This document shows, piece after piece, positions 13,949 to 26,350 of a stretch of DNA of 64,000 nucleotides. Under the pieces are notes generated by a model. It saw only the letters and a program-made list of their open reading frames with translations, had not been told where the DNA came from and ran no database searches. Source of the stretch: Octopus sinensis (taxonomy: Eukaryota); NCBI RefSeq assembly GCF_006345805.1, contig NW_021834238.1, positions 7,126-71,125 on the forward strand. Direction: 5' to 3'. The stretch's first letter is position 1, and every line of letters begins with the position of its first letter. Both the position numbers and the translations under genes were made by a program.

Positions 13949-14469
13949 CAGTGTACATTTAAACACATAAGATATGGCCATAACAAGACATCTGACTCGC
14001 TAGAAAGAGTAGTTAAACTGTAAACCACTATTAAGGGTAATTTCGAAAGGAAATGAAAAAAACTTCAAAATTTTTTGCTACCCTGAAATTTATTAATTAA
14101 TGATAAAATGTTGTTGGGCTAATTTTTAAAGAAAATCCGCATTCTCTGTATTTGCTGCCGATAAAAAACCGCGCGCGCGCGGTGGATTTTGAAAAGTTAT
14201 AACATGTATACGCGAGGCATGTTGTTTATCGCCTCGTTTTTATATGTTCATCTTGGCTTTCTTGCTGATGATATCTTTGCCAATGTAAATTATTTTATTT
14301 ACTACAGATTGCTTGAAACCGTGCATGGTACAGGAAATAGAGGGTAAATGTTTTTATTTTTCATTCATTTTCGAAATTACATCTCACAGTGGTTTTTGAG
14401 TTTAACTACTCTTTCTAGCGAGTCAGATGTCCTGTTATGGCCATCTCTTATGTGTTTAAATGCACACTG
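13949..14469. mobile_element. Tc1/mariner-type MITE with long TIRs
   Basis: TA|CAGTGTACATTTAAACACATAAG... at the left end is inverted at 14388-14469 over about 85 bp (degenerately to about 125 bp); TA on both flanks. Confidence 0.9.
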
Positions 14470-15320
14470 TATTTTTATATGAATAATATATAGTCTATTG
14501 ACTAGTTTTTTCTTCTCGCTAGACCAATGATAGCAAAGAATTTTTCTAAGTTATATATATATATATATATATAATACATACTAGCGAACTCTATCAAATA
14601 ACATTTGCCCTATGTGAAAGAATGTCCTTCAAAATATACTAAAGAACTCTTTATATTACTCGCTGTATGTGTATGCATTCCCATACACACACATACAGTG
14701 TACATATGTGTACAATGTATGCATATATGTGTGTGTGCGTGTGTATATATCAGCAAAGATAACAAGTGCAAAATATGACATGCACAAAAGATATTCAGAT
14801 AAATATGGAGGTAATGAAATATATGACGAGATTGATACGAGCTTAGAATATATCTGCATCTTTACGTATATGGACTTGTGTGTATTAAAATTGCTGTATT
14901 TTTCCACAGGAGAAATTAAAAACAATATTGTCAGGTGTATAAATGCATGTGCGTGAATGCGCGTGTGTATGTGTGTGGCAATGTGTGTATGTGTATGGGT
15001 GTGCGTGTGCATGTGTGTGTAAGTGTGTTTGCATGTGTGTGTATGTGTGTGCATGTGTGTATGTGTGCGTGTTTGTATGCAAATGTGTGCTTATGTCTGT
15101 GTCCATGTGTGTACGTGCACGTATACGTGCGCATGCGTGTATGTGTATGTGTGCATGTGCGTTTTTGTAAGTGTGTGTGTGCGTGTGCATATTTTGAAAT
15201 GTATGCTTCTACAGATAGATAGATTGATACAGATATAATCACACAGATAAGTATACCTACAGATGCAGATTTAATTACAGATATATCGATCGACAAATAA
15301 AACAGAAATATTTCGTGTCC

Positions 15321-16411
15321 AAGAGTCTCTGCTGAAAATTTCGGAGGATGAACAAGACACTCACAAGGTATGAGCCGAATGAGTTTTGTTTTTCAATGTA
15401 GTCTCCCTTGTGCTCCACACACCTCTTCCATCGATGTTGCAGTACTTGAATCCCATTGGTGAAAAGGCTTTCATCCTCTTAGACAGAAGCGTTATCAACA
15501 GCAGATATGAAGTCATCGTCACTGCGTTACTGGCTCTCATCTACATGTTTTTTTTCAGGATGGGGCCTAATCAGGAGAATAAAAATGATGATCAACCAGT
15601 CATACCCAAAATATTAGATCATCACATTCCATGCAGATGAAAGAAACCTGGCTTACTCTGAAGCAGGTAAAGATGAATGTTTCCACTGCATGGATTGTCG
15701 CTTCGTCTGTAATACAAAATGATGAACCCAACTCTCATTCTGGGTTTGGAAACGTCCGAGAAAACCAACCAGACATACCTGAAACAATATCAGATTTTCC
15801 TGTGATGTGACAAGCCAGGTGTGATTTTGATTAGGTATCAGAGAAAGTAGCACCCTACGACGAGTAACAAAATTCAGTTTGCCAAGTTCGTGCCAATTTC
15901 GGCGTCATGCCAAGTTCAGTATGCAGAATATTCTCCCACGGGATGAGGTTAGTAGCACTGGCGATTTGATTTATAGCCAATTGCCTGTTGTCCATTGCCA
16001 TATGCTGAGCACGATCAATGTTTTCCTCTGTGGTGGCCGTTGCAGAAAATCAGGACTCTGTGTCATATTCATGATTCTCCCTTCTCGTCTTAAATTTAGC
16101 TGCCACTTTTTCACTCTTGGAATGTAATCCCCTACAGTAACAACCATATGTGCAGGAATGCCGTTTGCGATTAAAATTGATTTTCTGCTGGTGCTTCATA
16201 GCACCACGATGTAAAATTATGTTCATTCTTCAAGAGAATTCGATACTATTTTACATTCAAAGTCTTCTTTAAGCAGTCGGACGTCAGTTTACCGGAAAAG
16301 AAACAATGCACTTATTAATAAGTAGAAAAATTATTTAATACGTGCAAGATTTCACAGGTCTAGTATTACCCCTTCCTAGTCGTCCTATGAACTTTTCAGC
16401 ACATCCTCTTA
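15321..16411 (-). mobile_element. Mariner transposon relic with internally deleted transposase pseudogene
   Basis: Minus-strand peptides ATTEENIDRAQHMAMDNRQLAINQIA (HTH region), ESWVHHF..QTKRQSMQWKH (first catalytic region) and HRWKRCVEHKGDYIE (C-terminus); degenerate TIRs aagagtctctgctgaaaatt and aacttttcagcacatcctctt; the HDNA and YSPDL region is missing. Confidence 0.85.
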
Positions 16412-16521
16412 TGTGAATAAGTATACTCTCTCTCACATACATATGAATATATACATACATATATATATTTAATATATATTTATATATATATATTTATATA
16501 TATATATATATATATAGATAG

Positions 16522-16552
<31 letters not shown>

Positions 16553-16647
16553 GTGTGATATATATATGTATATGTATATAATATATATCTGTATATATAT
16601 ATATATTGTATATATATATATATATATATAATCTATATTATATTATA

Positions 16648-16681
<34 letters not shown>

Positions 16682-16700
16682 TATCTATATATATATATAA

Positions 16701-17141
16701 ATTATGAAAGTGGCTTGTCGCAATATAATTCCACAAGGTACAAGTACATTCACCACTAAAGTGACCATGTGTGCAAGTCAGTACCAGAATTGCCAGAAAT
16801 AACAATGAAGACAAGTCTTAGCCACGGGCAAACACTATCTTTTGACCTACAAGGGAGACAACCTTCCTACAGCAAACGAGATCGTATATCGTCGGTGATT
16901 TCCTATAGAATTATTCCTGATTGGTGACACTACGCCGTTGCCTAGGGTTAAGCTAACTCGCCCTGTCAGTTTATAGAAAATGCCTTAAGAATCAGTGACT
17001 GATTCAGTAAAATGGTTATGGAAAAATTATAAATTATTAAAATGGCTTGTCGCTACTGGTGTCATTTGCACCGTTAGTCACTTTAGTAGCAATTATACTT
17101 GTACATTTTGGTTTTAAATTGCGACTAGTCACTTTAATAAT
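16701..17141. mobile_element. Decayed MITE-like element with about 80-bp imperfect TIRs
   Basis: attatgaaagtggcttgtcgcaatataa (16701) versus the reverse complement of 17114-17141, attattaaagtgactagtcgcaatttaa; the match continues inward through gtacaagta..ctaaagtgac..gtgcaa. Confidence 0.6.
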
Positions 17142-17405
17142 ATATAATTTTCACTTGAAACTTTTTACTAAATCAGCCACAGATTTCTTTGGTATTTTCT
17201 ATAAATTGACAAGGCGATTTAACTTAACCTAAAGCAACAGAATAGTGTCACAGATGAGGATTATTTCTATCTAAAATCTGACGTTCTCTTGATGTAGCGA
17301 GGTTGTCTCTCTTGTTAGTCAAAAGACAGTGCTTTGTCCGTGGATAAGAGTTGTTTTACATGTGCACAGATATATATCAGAAATATGGGATAGAATGACA
17401 TATAA

Positions 17406-17469
<64 letters not shown>

Positions 17470-17656
17470 TATCTGTTGCCCAAATTACCAATTGCCGCTC
17501 GCTTGGGAAAGATTACGTAGAAAAGCACATTTCGTCGAAAATTAAAACGTCCACAATGCTAATATATTAAAACATATAACTATAAACAAAAATTTATATT
17601 GCACTGAAAGGAATGCAACTTTGTCTTTGTGTTTTTATGTTTGGATTATTTATATA

Positions 17657-17716
<60 letters not shown>

Positions 17717-17741
17717 CAAGTTTACTGAACCTTCATTTTTT

Positions 17742-17814
17742 TTCATATGCTAGGCCACTGGTGTGAAATCGATGTTAATTAAATTAATATCTAATTTCTC
17801 ATCCTCATTTTTTA

Positions 17815-17825
<11 letters not shown>
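17742..17825. repeat. Dispersed repeat fragment, second copy at about 61062-61128
   Basis: ttttcatatgcta(g/a)gccactgg...attaatatc..atttct...cctcatt present at both loci, each next to (TA)n. Confidence 0.65.
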
Positions 17826-17846
<21 letters not shown>

Positions 17847-18754
17847 AATATATATAATGTATACCTACATACATGCATACATACATACATACATACATGC
17901 ATATACATGCATATATGCATGCATACATACATACATACATACATGCATATATACATACATACATACATACATACATGCATACACAGATACATATACATAT
18001 ACATCCGTCTGCTTGTCATTTAATCCCAATATTTCTGCCATACCTTTGTGCATATGCAAACATATATTTTGTTCTGCGCACCTTCCACCACGATTCTTAT
18101 ATAAGACATAACAGATTTCAAACGGTCCCTATTTTGACAACCGTTTAAATCTATCACTTTCATATGTCACTATATGACATCGACGTACATGCGAACGAAA
18201 TAGACATGAACGTCTGGAGAATTCTGTTTAGCATTTTCCATTGCAAATAATAACTAAAATGGTCACACAGCCGATATAATAGTATAGTTTTCTGAGCATA
18301 CCGCTTCTCTTTGCCAATCAATAAACTTAATCTTGAATTTTTGAATCACTTCGCATTTATTAGAAACTTAAATCTTATTTCTTTAGATTATCAAAGTTAA
18401 TTATATCTTTCATTTCCCGAACACTTGATTCAATATGTACCGAAATTTACTCAGACATGATGCTGCAATCAAGTGTATTACGGCAAGTTCACTTCAAAAT
18501 AATTATTCCTTTTATATCCATCAGCTAAAATGTATATGGTAACGATAATTCCACTAATTGAGCCATCACTCTAATTCTGGTGATAAATTAATTTGTAATT
18601 TAAATTCAAGTTTACACTTTTAAATTAAATCTACATACTTTACAGAATCTCCTAAACCATTGTATCAATGAACATATATACACAGAAACATAAAACACAC
18701 ACACACCCACACACACACACACACACACAAACATATATATATATATAGATATAT

Positions 18755-18801
<47 letters not shown>

Positions 18802-19109
18802 ATTATAGATGTGTGTGTGTGAATGTCAGTCTGTTGAATATATACATATATATATATGTATATATATACACGTATACACACACATACATACACACACATA
18901 CATATAGCTACTGTATACATGTATAGTAATTATATCTGTAGCATCCGATAAAATTGATGTTGTAAGTTGGAATTATTAGGTGGTAGTCGGCATAATAGCA
19001 TAGGACCTATAACGTGCATACTCAAAAACGCGTCTTGTAATCGAACTTAAAAGATATGCATGTATATATATATATATATATATATTTATATGCATGTATA
19101 TATATATAT

Positions 19110-19308
19110 AAGGCGAGCTGGCAGAAACGTTAGCGCGCCCGGCGAAATGCTGAGTTCAAATTCCCGAGGTCGACTTTGCCTTTCATCCTTTCGGGGTCGA
19201 TAAATAACGTACCAGTTTCGCACTGGGGTCGATGTAATCGACTTAATCCCTTTGTCTGTCCTTGTTTGTCCCCTCTATGTTTAGCCCCTTGTGGGCAGTA
19301 AAGAAATA
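19110..19308 (+). mobile_element. SINE family A monomer with an internal head deletion
   Basis: Head jumps from gaaatgct to gagttcaaatt; type-i tail intact; starts directly after (TA)n. Confidence 0.9.
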
Positions 19309-19779
19309 TATATATATATATATTTATACATACATACATGCATACATACATACATACATACATACATACATACATACATACATACATACATACATACATA
19401 CATAAAACGTATTTCAGTATTCTTAAAGTATTTACGTTAAGTAGGAAATACGGGTCGCTATACCTGTCTATCTCTCATACTTAAAGTATACAAGACGTCG
19501 ATTGGCCAGCGATTGTGGTTTTTGTCCATATATAACATCGCTTACGGATATGCTGTTTTTAAACAATAATTATTAGAGGGAGGCAAAACGTCATAGCAAT
19601 GGAGGCCAGCGAGTACACCAAATGCATTTCGCCCACCTGAGATCAATTCAACGGCGCGTACTCGCAACCAGCCACGTGATTCATGAGAACATATCTCCGT
19701 GCGTATACTTCGTCATACGCTTAGACTGCCACAAATCGATGCAAATAAAGAAAGTTAGTTCATTAGATCGGCAGAACAT

Positions 19780-20648
19780 CGAGGAAGGAATGATGGAAGA
19801 AAAATAAAAAAAGGAAAAAAGGAAGGCAGAAAGAAAGAAAGAGGAAAAGGGAGGAAGGAACGAAGGAAGGAAAGAAGGAAGGAAAAAGCAAAAGGAGAGA
19901 GATAAAGGAATACGAGAAATAATAAAAATGGAAGGAAATGCAGGGGGAATAAAGGAAGAAAGAAAGAAAAAAATGGAAAGAAAGAAAGAGAAATGTAAGA
20001 TAGAAAGAAATATAGAAACATGAATGCAAAATTAGCGAATTGTAGAAAAATAGATGTGCTCCAGCGTGGCCCTAGCTTCTGGCTGAAACCGGTAAAGCAC
20101 TAAAAGAAAATTGCAGGAAGGACGGTCTAAAGAGAACGAAATAGAATTTGATCAGGAGAGGAAGATAGGAATATTGAAAGAGAGAGGTCGTGAAAGAAAG
20201 ACTTTGATAAAACAAGAAGGAAAGAAGTGGGAGAAGAAAGAAAAAGGAGCAGGAAAGAAAGAGAGACGAAAAGAAGAAACGACTAGCGAATGAAAGTATG
20301 ACGCGAAACTATTAAAAGGAGAGAGAGGCAAAAGTGGAAGAATGTGAGAAGAAAGGAAAGATTAAAAGAAAGTGTGTAATACGAGAAAAAAGAATGAAAG
20401 TAGGATAGAAAGATAGAAAGTTAGAAGGAAAGAGAAAGAGAAAGAAATAAAAGAATGAATAGATAGATAAAGAAAATATGATAGAAAGACAGGAATGCCG
20501 AAAATATGGAAACAGAACTGAAGATGATACGAGAGTAAATCATTTAATAAAACAAAGAGAAAGATAGAATGACAGAAGAAAGAAATTGTGGAAAAGAGTG
20601 AAGGCTAATATGAAAGAAGAAAAAGAAAGAAGAAAAAGAAAGAAGAAA

Positions 20649-20688
<40 letters not shown>

Positions 20689-21093
20689 AAAAGAAAGAGA
20701 GCATGTGAGGATAAGAGAAAGAAAGAAGGAAATACTGTGAGAAAGATGTGCAGTAATAAAGAAAGAAATAGTGGGGAAAAAAGAAAGAACAGTTGTTAAA
20801 CCGACCACAAGGAAGGAAGAAGATATATTGTGTATGTATAGAAAGCGAATTCCAAGAGAATAAAACAATAGAAAGCTTACTGTAGAATGGACGTCTGTGT
20901 TGTTTTGGGCAGCTTTTGTCGCCATTTCAATGGGAATTATTTTACCTTTTTGCTTCAAAACACAATGAAGAATACAGGGAAGAATGTTTTGTTCATATTT
21001 AGATTAAAAAACTTGCGATAGTGCAAAACAAAAATTTGAAAAGGAAAAGTGAAATTAAATTAAATAGAAGTAATAATAATAATAATAATAATA

Positions 21094-21134
<41 letters not shown>

Positions 21135-21190
21135 GAATAATAATATAATAATAATATACAAAAAAAAGAGGGAAAAGAGAGTAAAAACAA
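19780..21190 (+). repeat. Purine-rich (A/G) low-complexity tract
   Basis: About 1.4 kb strongly A/G-skewed on the plus strand, including (GAAA)n and (AAT)n. Confidence 0.85.
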
Positions 21191-22224
21191 ATGAAATGTT
21201 CAAATGAGCAATATGACCTCGTGCATTACATACATATATATATAAGTATATATTTATATATACATAAATATATGTATATATATATGAATATATATATATA
21301 TATATATTTCCATATATATATGTCGATATATATATATATATGTCGATATATATATGTGTGTGTTTGTGTATGTGTGTATTTGTATATGTATTTGTGCATC
21401 ATATGTATCTACACATACAAAAGGTCTGCTTTTTATTGTGTAAAGAACATATGTATGTATTTTGTATGTTTGTGTGCATGTATGGGCGTGTGCGTGTGCG
21501 TGTACGTGTGTGTGTGTGTGGTGTGTGTGTGTATGCGTGTGTGTGTGCGTGAGCGTGTATAGTTTCCAGACAAATTGTTTTTAATGAATAAGAACTGAGG
21601 ATCAGATGCTTCGAGAATTTCAAATAATTTCGAAAATATTTTTGAAATATGTTTCTCATACACACAAAGCAATTTACTTAAGTTTTAATGCATTCATAAC
21701 TCATTGTATTCTCACTGTTTTAAATGTTAAGCACATGTTTGAAAAAATTCCTGGGTCTTAACCTTTATTCTGTCGCATAGTATTCTAATATAAACAAATT
21801 AATAAGATTGACAAAACAGATACTTTCTTTTGATGCTCGTTTATCAATACACTAGGACTGTTATCTTTTGTGTATTTCAATTCTTTCTACTCTGGTGTGT
21901 TTTCTCTTTTGTTTTCGCTCGTTTTGGACAAAATAGCATAATTCAATACAGTCTGTGTGTATTAGGATTGATGATTTCTCTTAGTGAACTATTCCTATTA
22001 AATTCAATTTGCTCAGTACGTTATTTTCATTATTTATCTGGAAACCTTCTTTCTGAAATCACAAATTTGTTTGAGTTACTGTTATTGTGATAAAGTAACA
22101 GGGTATATGTTTATGTGTATATTATGGATATACATAACTTCTTACCCGGTTCTTGGTGCAAGTCAGTAGTTTGTAAAAAAGAGGGGTCGAAAGCGAACTA
22201 ATTTTGAATGCAACTAAAATTATG

Positions 22225-22375
22225 CTTTAGATGGTTAAGCCTTCAAGTACCACATCGTTCGCGTTCAGTCTCAATGCGCTGCAACTTGGGCAAATATTTT
22301 TCTACAAGAGCTGGTGTTGACCAATGACTTGCGAGTGAATTTGTTAGACGGAAACTGTATGGAACCCCATTGATT
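22225..22375 (+). mobile_element. SINE family B fragment
   Basis: gttcagtctcaatgcg..aacttgggcaaat..gaatttgttagacggaaactg aligns with 27441. Confidence 0.7.
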
Positions 22376-22470
22376 ATATGTGTGTGTGTGTGAGGGTGCG
22401 TGTGTATGTAGCAATATGTATATAGATATAGATATAGATATACGTATGTATGCAGTGTTAAATGGATATA

Positions 22471-22555
<85 letters not shown>

Positions 22556-22865
22556 ATATGTGTGTGTATGTGTGTGTCTGTTCATGCATAATACATACCT
22601 ACATACATACATACTGACTACTCGGTAAAATTATTAATTAGTTAATTTTACTATATATCATAATTAAAATTTCAATTTACTCCATGATCGAAACTGAAGT
22701 TTTTTTCTGCGGGATAGGTGTCGTAACACACACGTGGGTATAAAGGATAAATATGTATCACATTCGGGTGTATATTCTTGGGAGTGCGGTTGAATATTAG
22801 TTTTGCGACGACGCTTGATCGCATAGATATTTAATCCTAACACTCGCAAATTAATAACTCAGAGT

Positions 22866-22927
22866 ATCACACTGAGGAGATTAATAGGTAAATATAATTT
22901 ACTTTAATTTTGAAACGCGTCTGTGAT
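22866..22927 (+). ncRNA. Minimal type-I hammerhead ribozyme fold (Penelope-associated type)
   Basis: Stem I ATCACA/TGTGAT (6 bp, perfect), core CTGAGGA, AT-rich stem II (attaa..gtaaat ata atttac..ttaat), GAAA, palindromic stem III ACGCGT, cleavage triplet GTC (after 22921). Confidence 0.7.
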
Positions 22928-23174
22928 TAACGGAAATCGCATGGATTCATCATTTTTTCCTTTAGCCTGCATAAAAAGTGTGTTATTACCTCAGATATTT
23001 TTATGGTAGTTGAAAATACATTAGCGTCTATTTCAAATTTAGTACGTGGCAAGCCACTTAGCTGACCCCTGATTATAATTAGGTATATAAATATAGAACA
23101 TTTGATATATATGTATATATATATATATTCATATATATATATATATATATATATGTATGAATGCAGCACGGATT

Positions 23175-23224
23175 TTTGTCAGTGAACAGGTCACGGATTT
23201 TAGTAACGAAAATATTTTGACAAA
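23175..23224 (+). ncRNA. Hammerhead ribozyme fold with a variant G3-C8 core
   Basis: Stem I TTTGTCA/TGACAAA (7 bp), core GTGAACA in place of CTGANGA, stem II GTCAC/GTAAC (one mismatch), GAAA, palindromic stem III AATATT, N17=U (after 23217). Confidence 0.55.
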
Positions 23225-23361
23225 TTAAACTTAAATGTTGAAGTGAATCGAACGGCTTTTGTGTGTTTCTTAAATTGCTTACAAACACCTTCCACGCTGC
23301 AATTGTCTTCGTTCCAGCACACGATCCTTGATCAAATCACTTGCTATGCGAGTACATCTCC

Positions 23362-23395
<34 letters not shown>

Positions 23396-23889
23396 CATAC
23401 TAAATAGAGACGATAGAAGCAGGATTAATAACCAAACAATAAAAAAATTATCTCCCATTAGAAGTGAAAATTGTGTTGCAATACAGAATCACCATCAGCG
23501 ACATAAATACGAGTGCACAACATGTCCATACGAGAGGTCATCGTATGGTTACAAATGCAGTGTTCTGTGTTCTAACTCAACCTCTAATTTAGCAGGAGAT
23601 AAATATGACCTCATATATAAACTTGTGTATGCATGTGTCTATACGTATGTTTTTTTATATTGCACGTGTCTATTTATATGTGCACGTGTCTTTGTGCTTG
23701 TGTCTGTTCCCTACCATCGTTAAGCCCTCGGGTTTGCCTTGAAGACCTCGTAAAATAGCGGCTTGTCAAAGAGGACGATAGTTACAGGAATTTTGTTTTA
23801 AAATTACTTGAGTCAATATAACGAAGGCATCGGTTGTAGTGAAGGAAGGACGTGATGGAAATGGTGATGACAGCGATAGTATGGTGATA

Positions 23890-24290
23890 AGAAGCGTTAG
23901 CACGCCGGGCGAAATGCTTAGTGTAATTTCGTCTGCTGCTACGTTCTCAGTTCAAATTCCGATGAGGTCGTGTTTGCCTTTCATCCTGTCGAGGTCGATA
24001 AATTAATACCAGTTACGCACTGGAGTCGACATAATCGACTTAATCCGTTTGTCTGTCCTTGTTTGTCCCCTCTGTTGTAGCCCCTCGTGGGTAGTAAAGA
24101 AATAGGTATTACGTCTGCCGCTCTGTTCTGAGTTCAAATTCCGCCGAGGTCGACTTTACCATTTATCCTTTCGGGGTCGATTAAATAAGTACCAGTTACG
24201 CACTGGGGTCAATATAATCGACTTAATCCGTGTGTCTGTCCTTGTTTGTCCTCCCTGTGTTTAACCCCTTGAGGGCAATAAAGAAATAAG
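23890..24290 (+). mobile_element. SINE family A head-to-tail dimer
   Basis: Two body units of about 182 nt joined at gaaataggtattac (24099-24112). Confidence 0.9.
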
Positions 24291-24583
24291 TATTGACAAT
24301 AATGAAGATGATGACGTTGCTGATAAGGACTACGACGACGATGATGATAATGTAATTGATTCCTCTTCTTGCATCTATCCATTGTATTTATCCCTTCTTC
24401 TATTCAAACATATAGTTATATAAAGTCACATGGGTGTGTATACGCTTAGAAGAGAAGTACTCAGTTTGTTCGATAAATTAAGCAAAGTATTCGTGAAATA
24501 AATGTAGAAAATCATCTGGCGAGCAGTGACTTTCAGACAGAATCACTCTTTGACATCGTGTCTGACAAGTATGGCTCATTGAC

Positions 24584-24683
24584 CCCTGATATACTGAGCA
24601 ACCCCATGTTTTTTCGTATTCCTCTTCACCTATAATTCCTATCAGTTATCTTATCTTTTTCAGCAGCCGACTAACACACTTTC
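24584..24683. mobile_element. 100-bp insertion of a dispersed repeat with a 20-bp TSD
   Basis: GACAAGTATGGCTCATTGAC at 24564-24583 and 24684-24703; the insert matches the reverse complement of about 28265-28385. Confidence 0.8.
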
Positions 24684-25599
24684 GACAAGTATGGCTCATT
24701 GACTCACATGCATACACATTACACACACGCACATTACACAAACGCGAGATATACTGTGTAGAAACCGTCTTACGGATTCTACACAGTGACACTCCCCAAA
24801 GGTTTTCATTGTGCAAGGTTCGAAATATGCTTTTGAGCCCCAGAACCTCATGATTGTGAAGTTAAACTACTTAATCACTCGATTCTGCATGTGCCCATTG
24901 GCTCTTTATCAGCAGGTATTTTCTAATGTGTTCGTCAGTATTTAAAATATGAATTACTGAAAATATAGCTACTATTTCTAGCAAGACAGCTTTCCTGGCT
25001 GACCTGCTCCTGCATTTGTGAATGTATGTGCGTATGTATGTATGTACGTATGTATGTATATATGTATGTATGTATGTATGTATTTATGTATGTATGTATG
25101 TATATATGTATGTATGTAAGTATGTATGTGCGCATGTATATATATGTGGATATATATATATATATGTGTGTGTTTTATATGTGTTTATATATATTTATAT
25201 ATATACATATATATCATATATACATATATATATATATATATATACATATATACATATATACATATATATATATATATATCATATACATATATACATATAT
25301 ATACATACACACACGCACGCACACATATATGCCTCTTGATGCGCATGCTTGGCAACATTATACTGGCGGTTATTATACACACAATAATTGTAATATACGT
25401 ATTGTTCAAATACAACAGGATGAAGTTTGCACTCGTTGACACATAGACAGTTCTTCTATTACTACCAGAGGGAGTTGGCAGTCATTTCGAATAAGAATCA
25501 CATTTGTGGTTCTTTTTATTGGTCTATAGAAGCAGTATCACCAACAATGTTATTGAGAAAACGAGTCGAATTTTCGGATTGCAATAGAGATGCCTGAAT

Positions 25600-25928
25600 A
25601 GATAATATAATGACGAAAACAGAGAGGAAGGGAACAAAGGAGAAAGAGGAAGAGAGAGTAAGAAGGGAAGATGAAAAATGAGAAAGAAATACGTATGTGG
25701 GGAAAGAAAAACGACATGATGAAAGAAAGTTAGAAGGAAAGAGAAAAAGAAAGAAAGAAAGAAAAGAATGAATAGATAGATAAAGAAAATACGATAGAAA
25801 GACAGGAATGCCGAAAATATGGAAACAGAACTGAAGATGGTATGAGAGTAAATCATTTCAAATAACAAACAGAAAAATAAAATGACAGAAGAAAATTTTT
25901 TGAAAAAGAGAGAAGGCTAATATGAAAG

Positions 25929-25960
<32 letters not shown>

Positions 25961-26350
25961 CAAGTGAGGAAAAGAGAAAGAAAGGAGGAAATACTGTGAG
26001 AAAGATGTGCAGTAATAAAGAAACAATATGATGAAAGATGATAAAGAGATAGAGTAGAAGTATGCGAGATTGAAAGAAAGGAAAGTGAAAGGAAGAAAGG
26101 AATAAATAATTTAACAAAGAAAGAGATGAAGAAAAAGGAAAAGGAAAGAATAAAGAAACGTGAGGGAAGAAAGAACTGGATATACCAAGGGAAAAGAATG
26201 AAAAGAATGAAAATATAAACAGAGAAAGAAAAGGACAAACTGAAAGAATAAAAGATAGAAGGAGAGGAGGAAGAAAATATACAAGAAAAGAGACAAGAGA
26301 GAGAGAGGAAGAAATGAAGACATCAAGACGTGAAGATAGAAGACGCGATA
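25600..26350 (+). repeat. Purine-rich tract containing a duplicate of 20419-20764
   Basis: 25728-26022 is colinear with 20419-20764. Confidence 0.85.

Noticed and set aside
24752-24787. Strong hairpin actgtgtagaa-a-ccgt-ctt-acgg-a-ttctacacagt
   Set aside because: It appears to lie at the end of a decayed SINE-B-like copy; no independent evidence of function.
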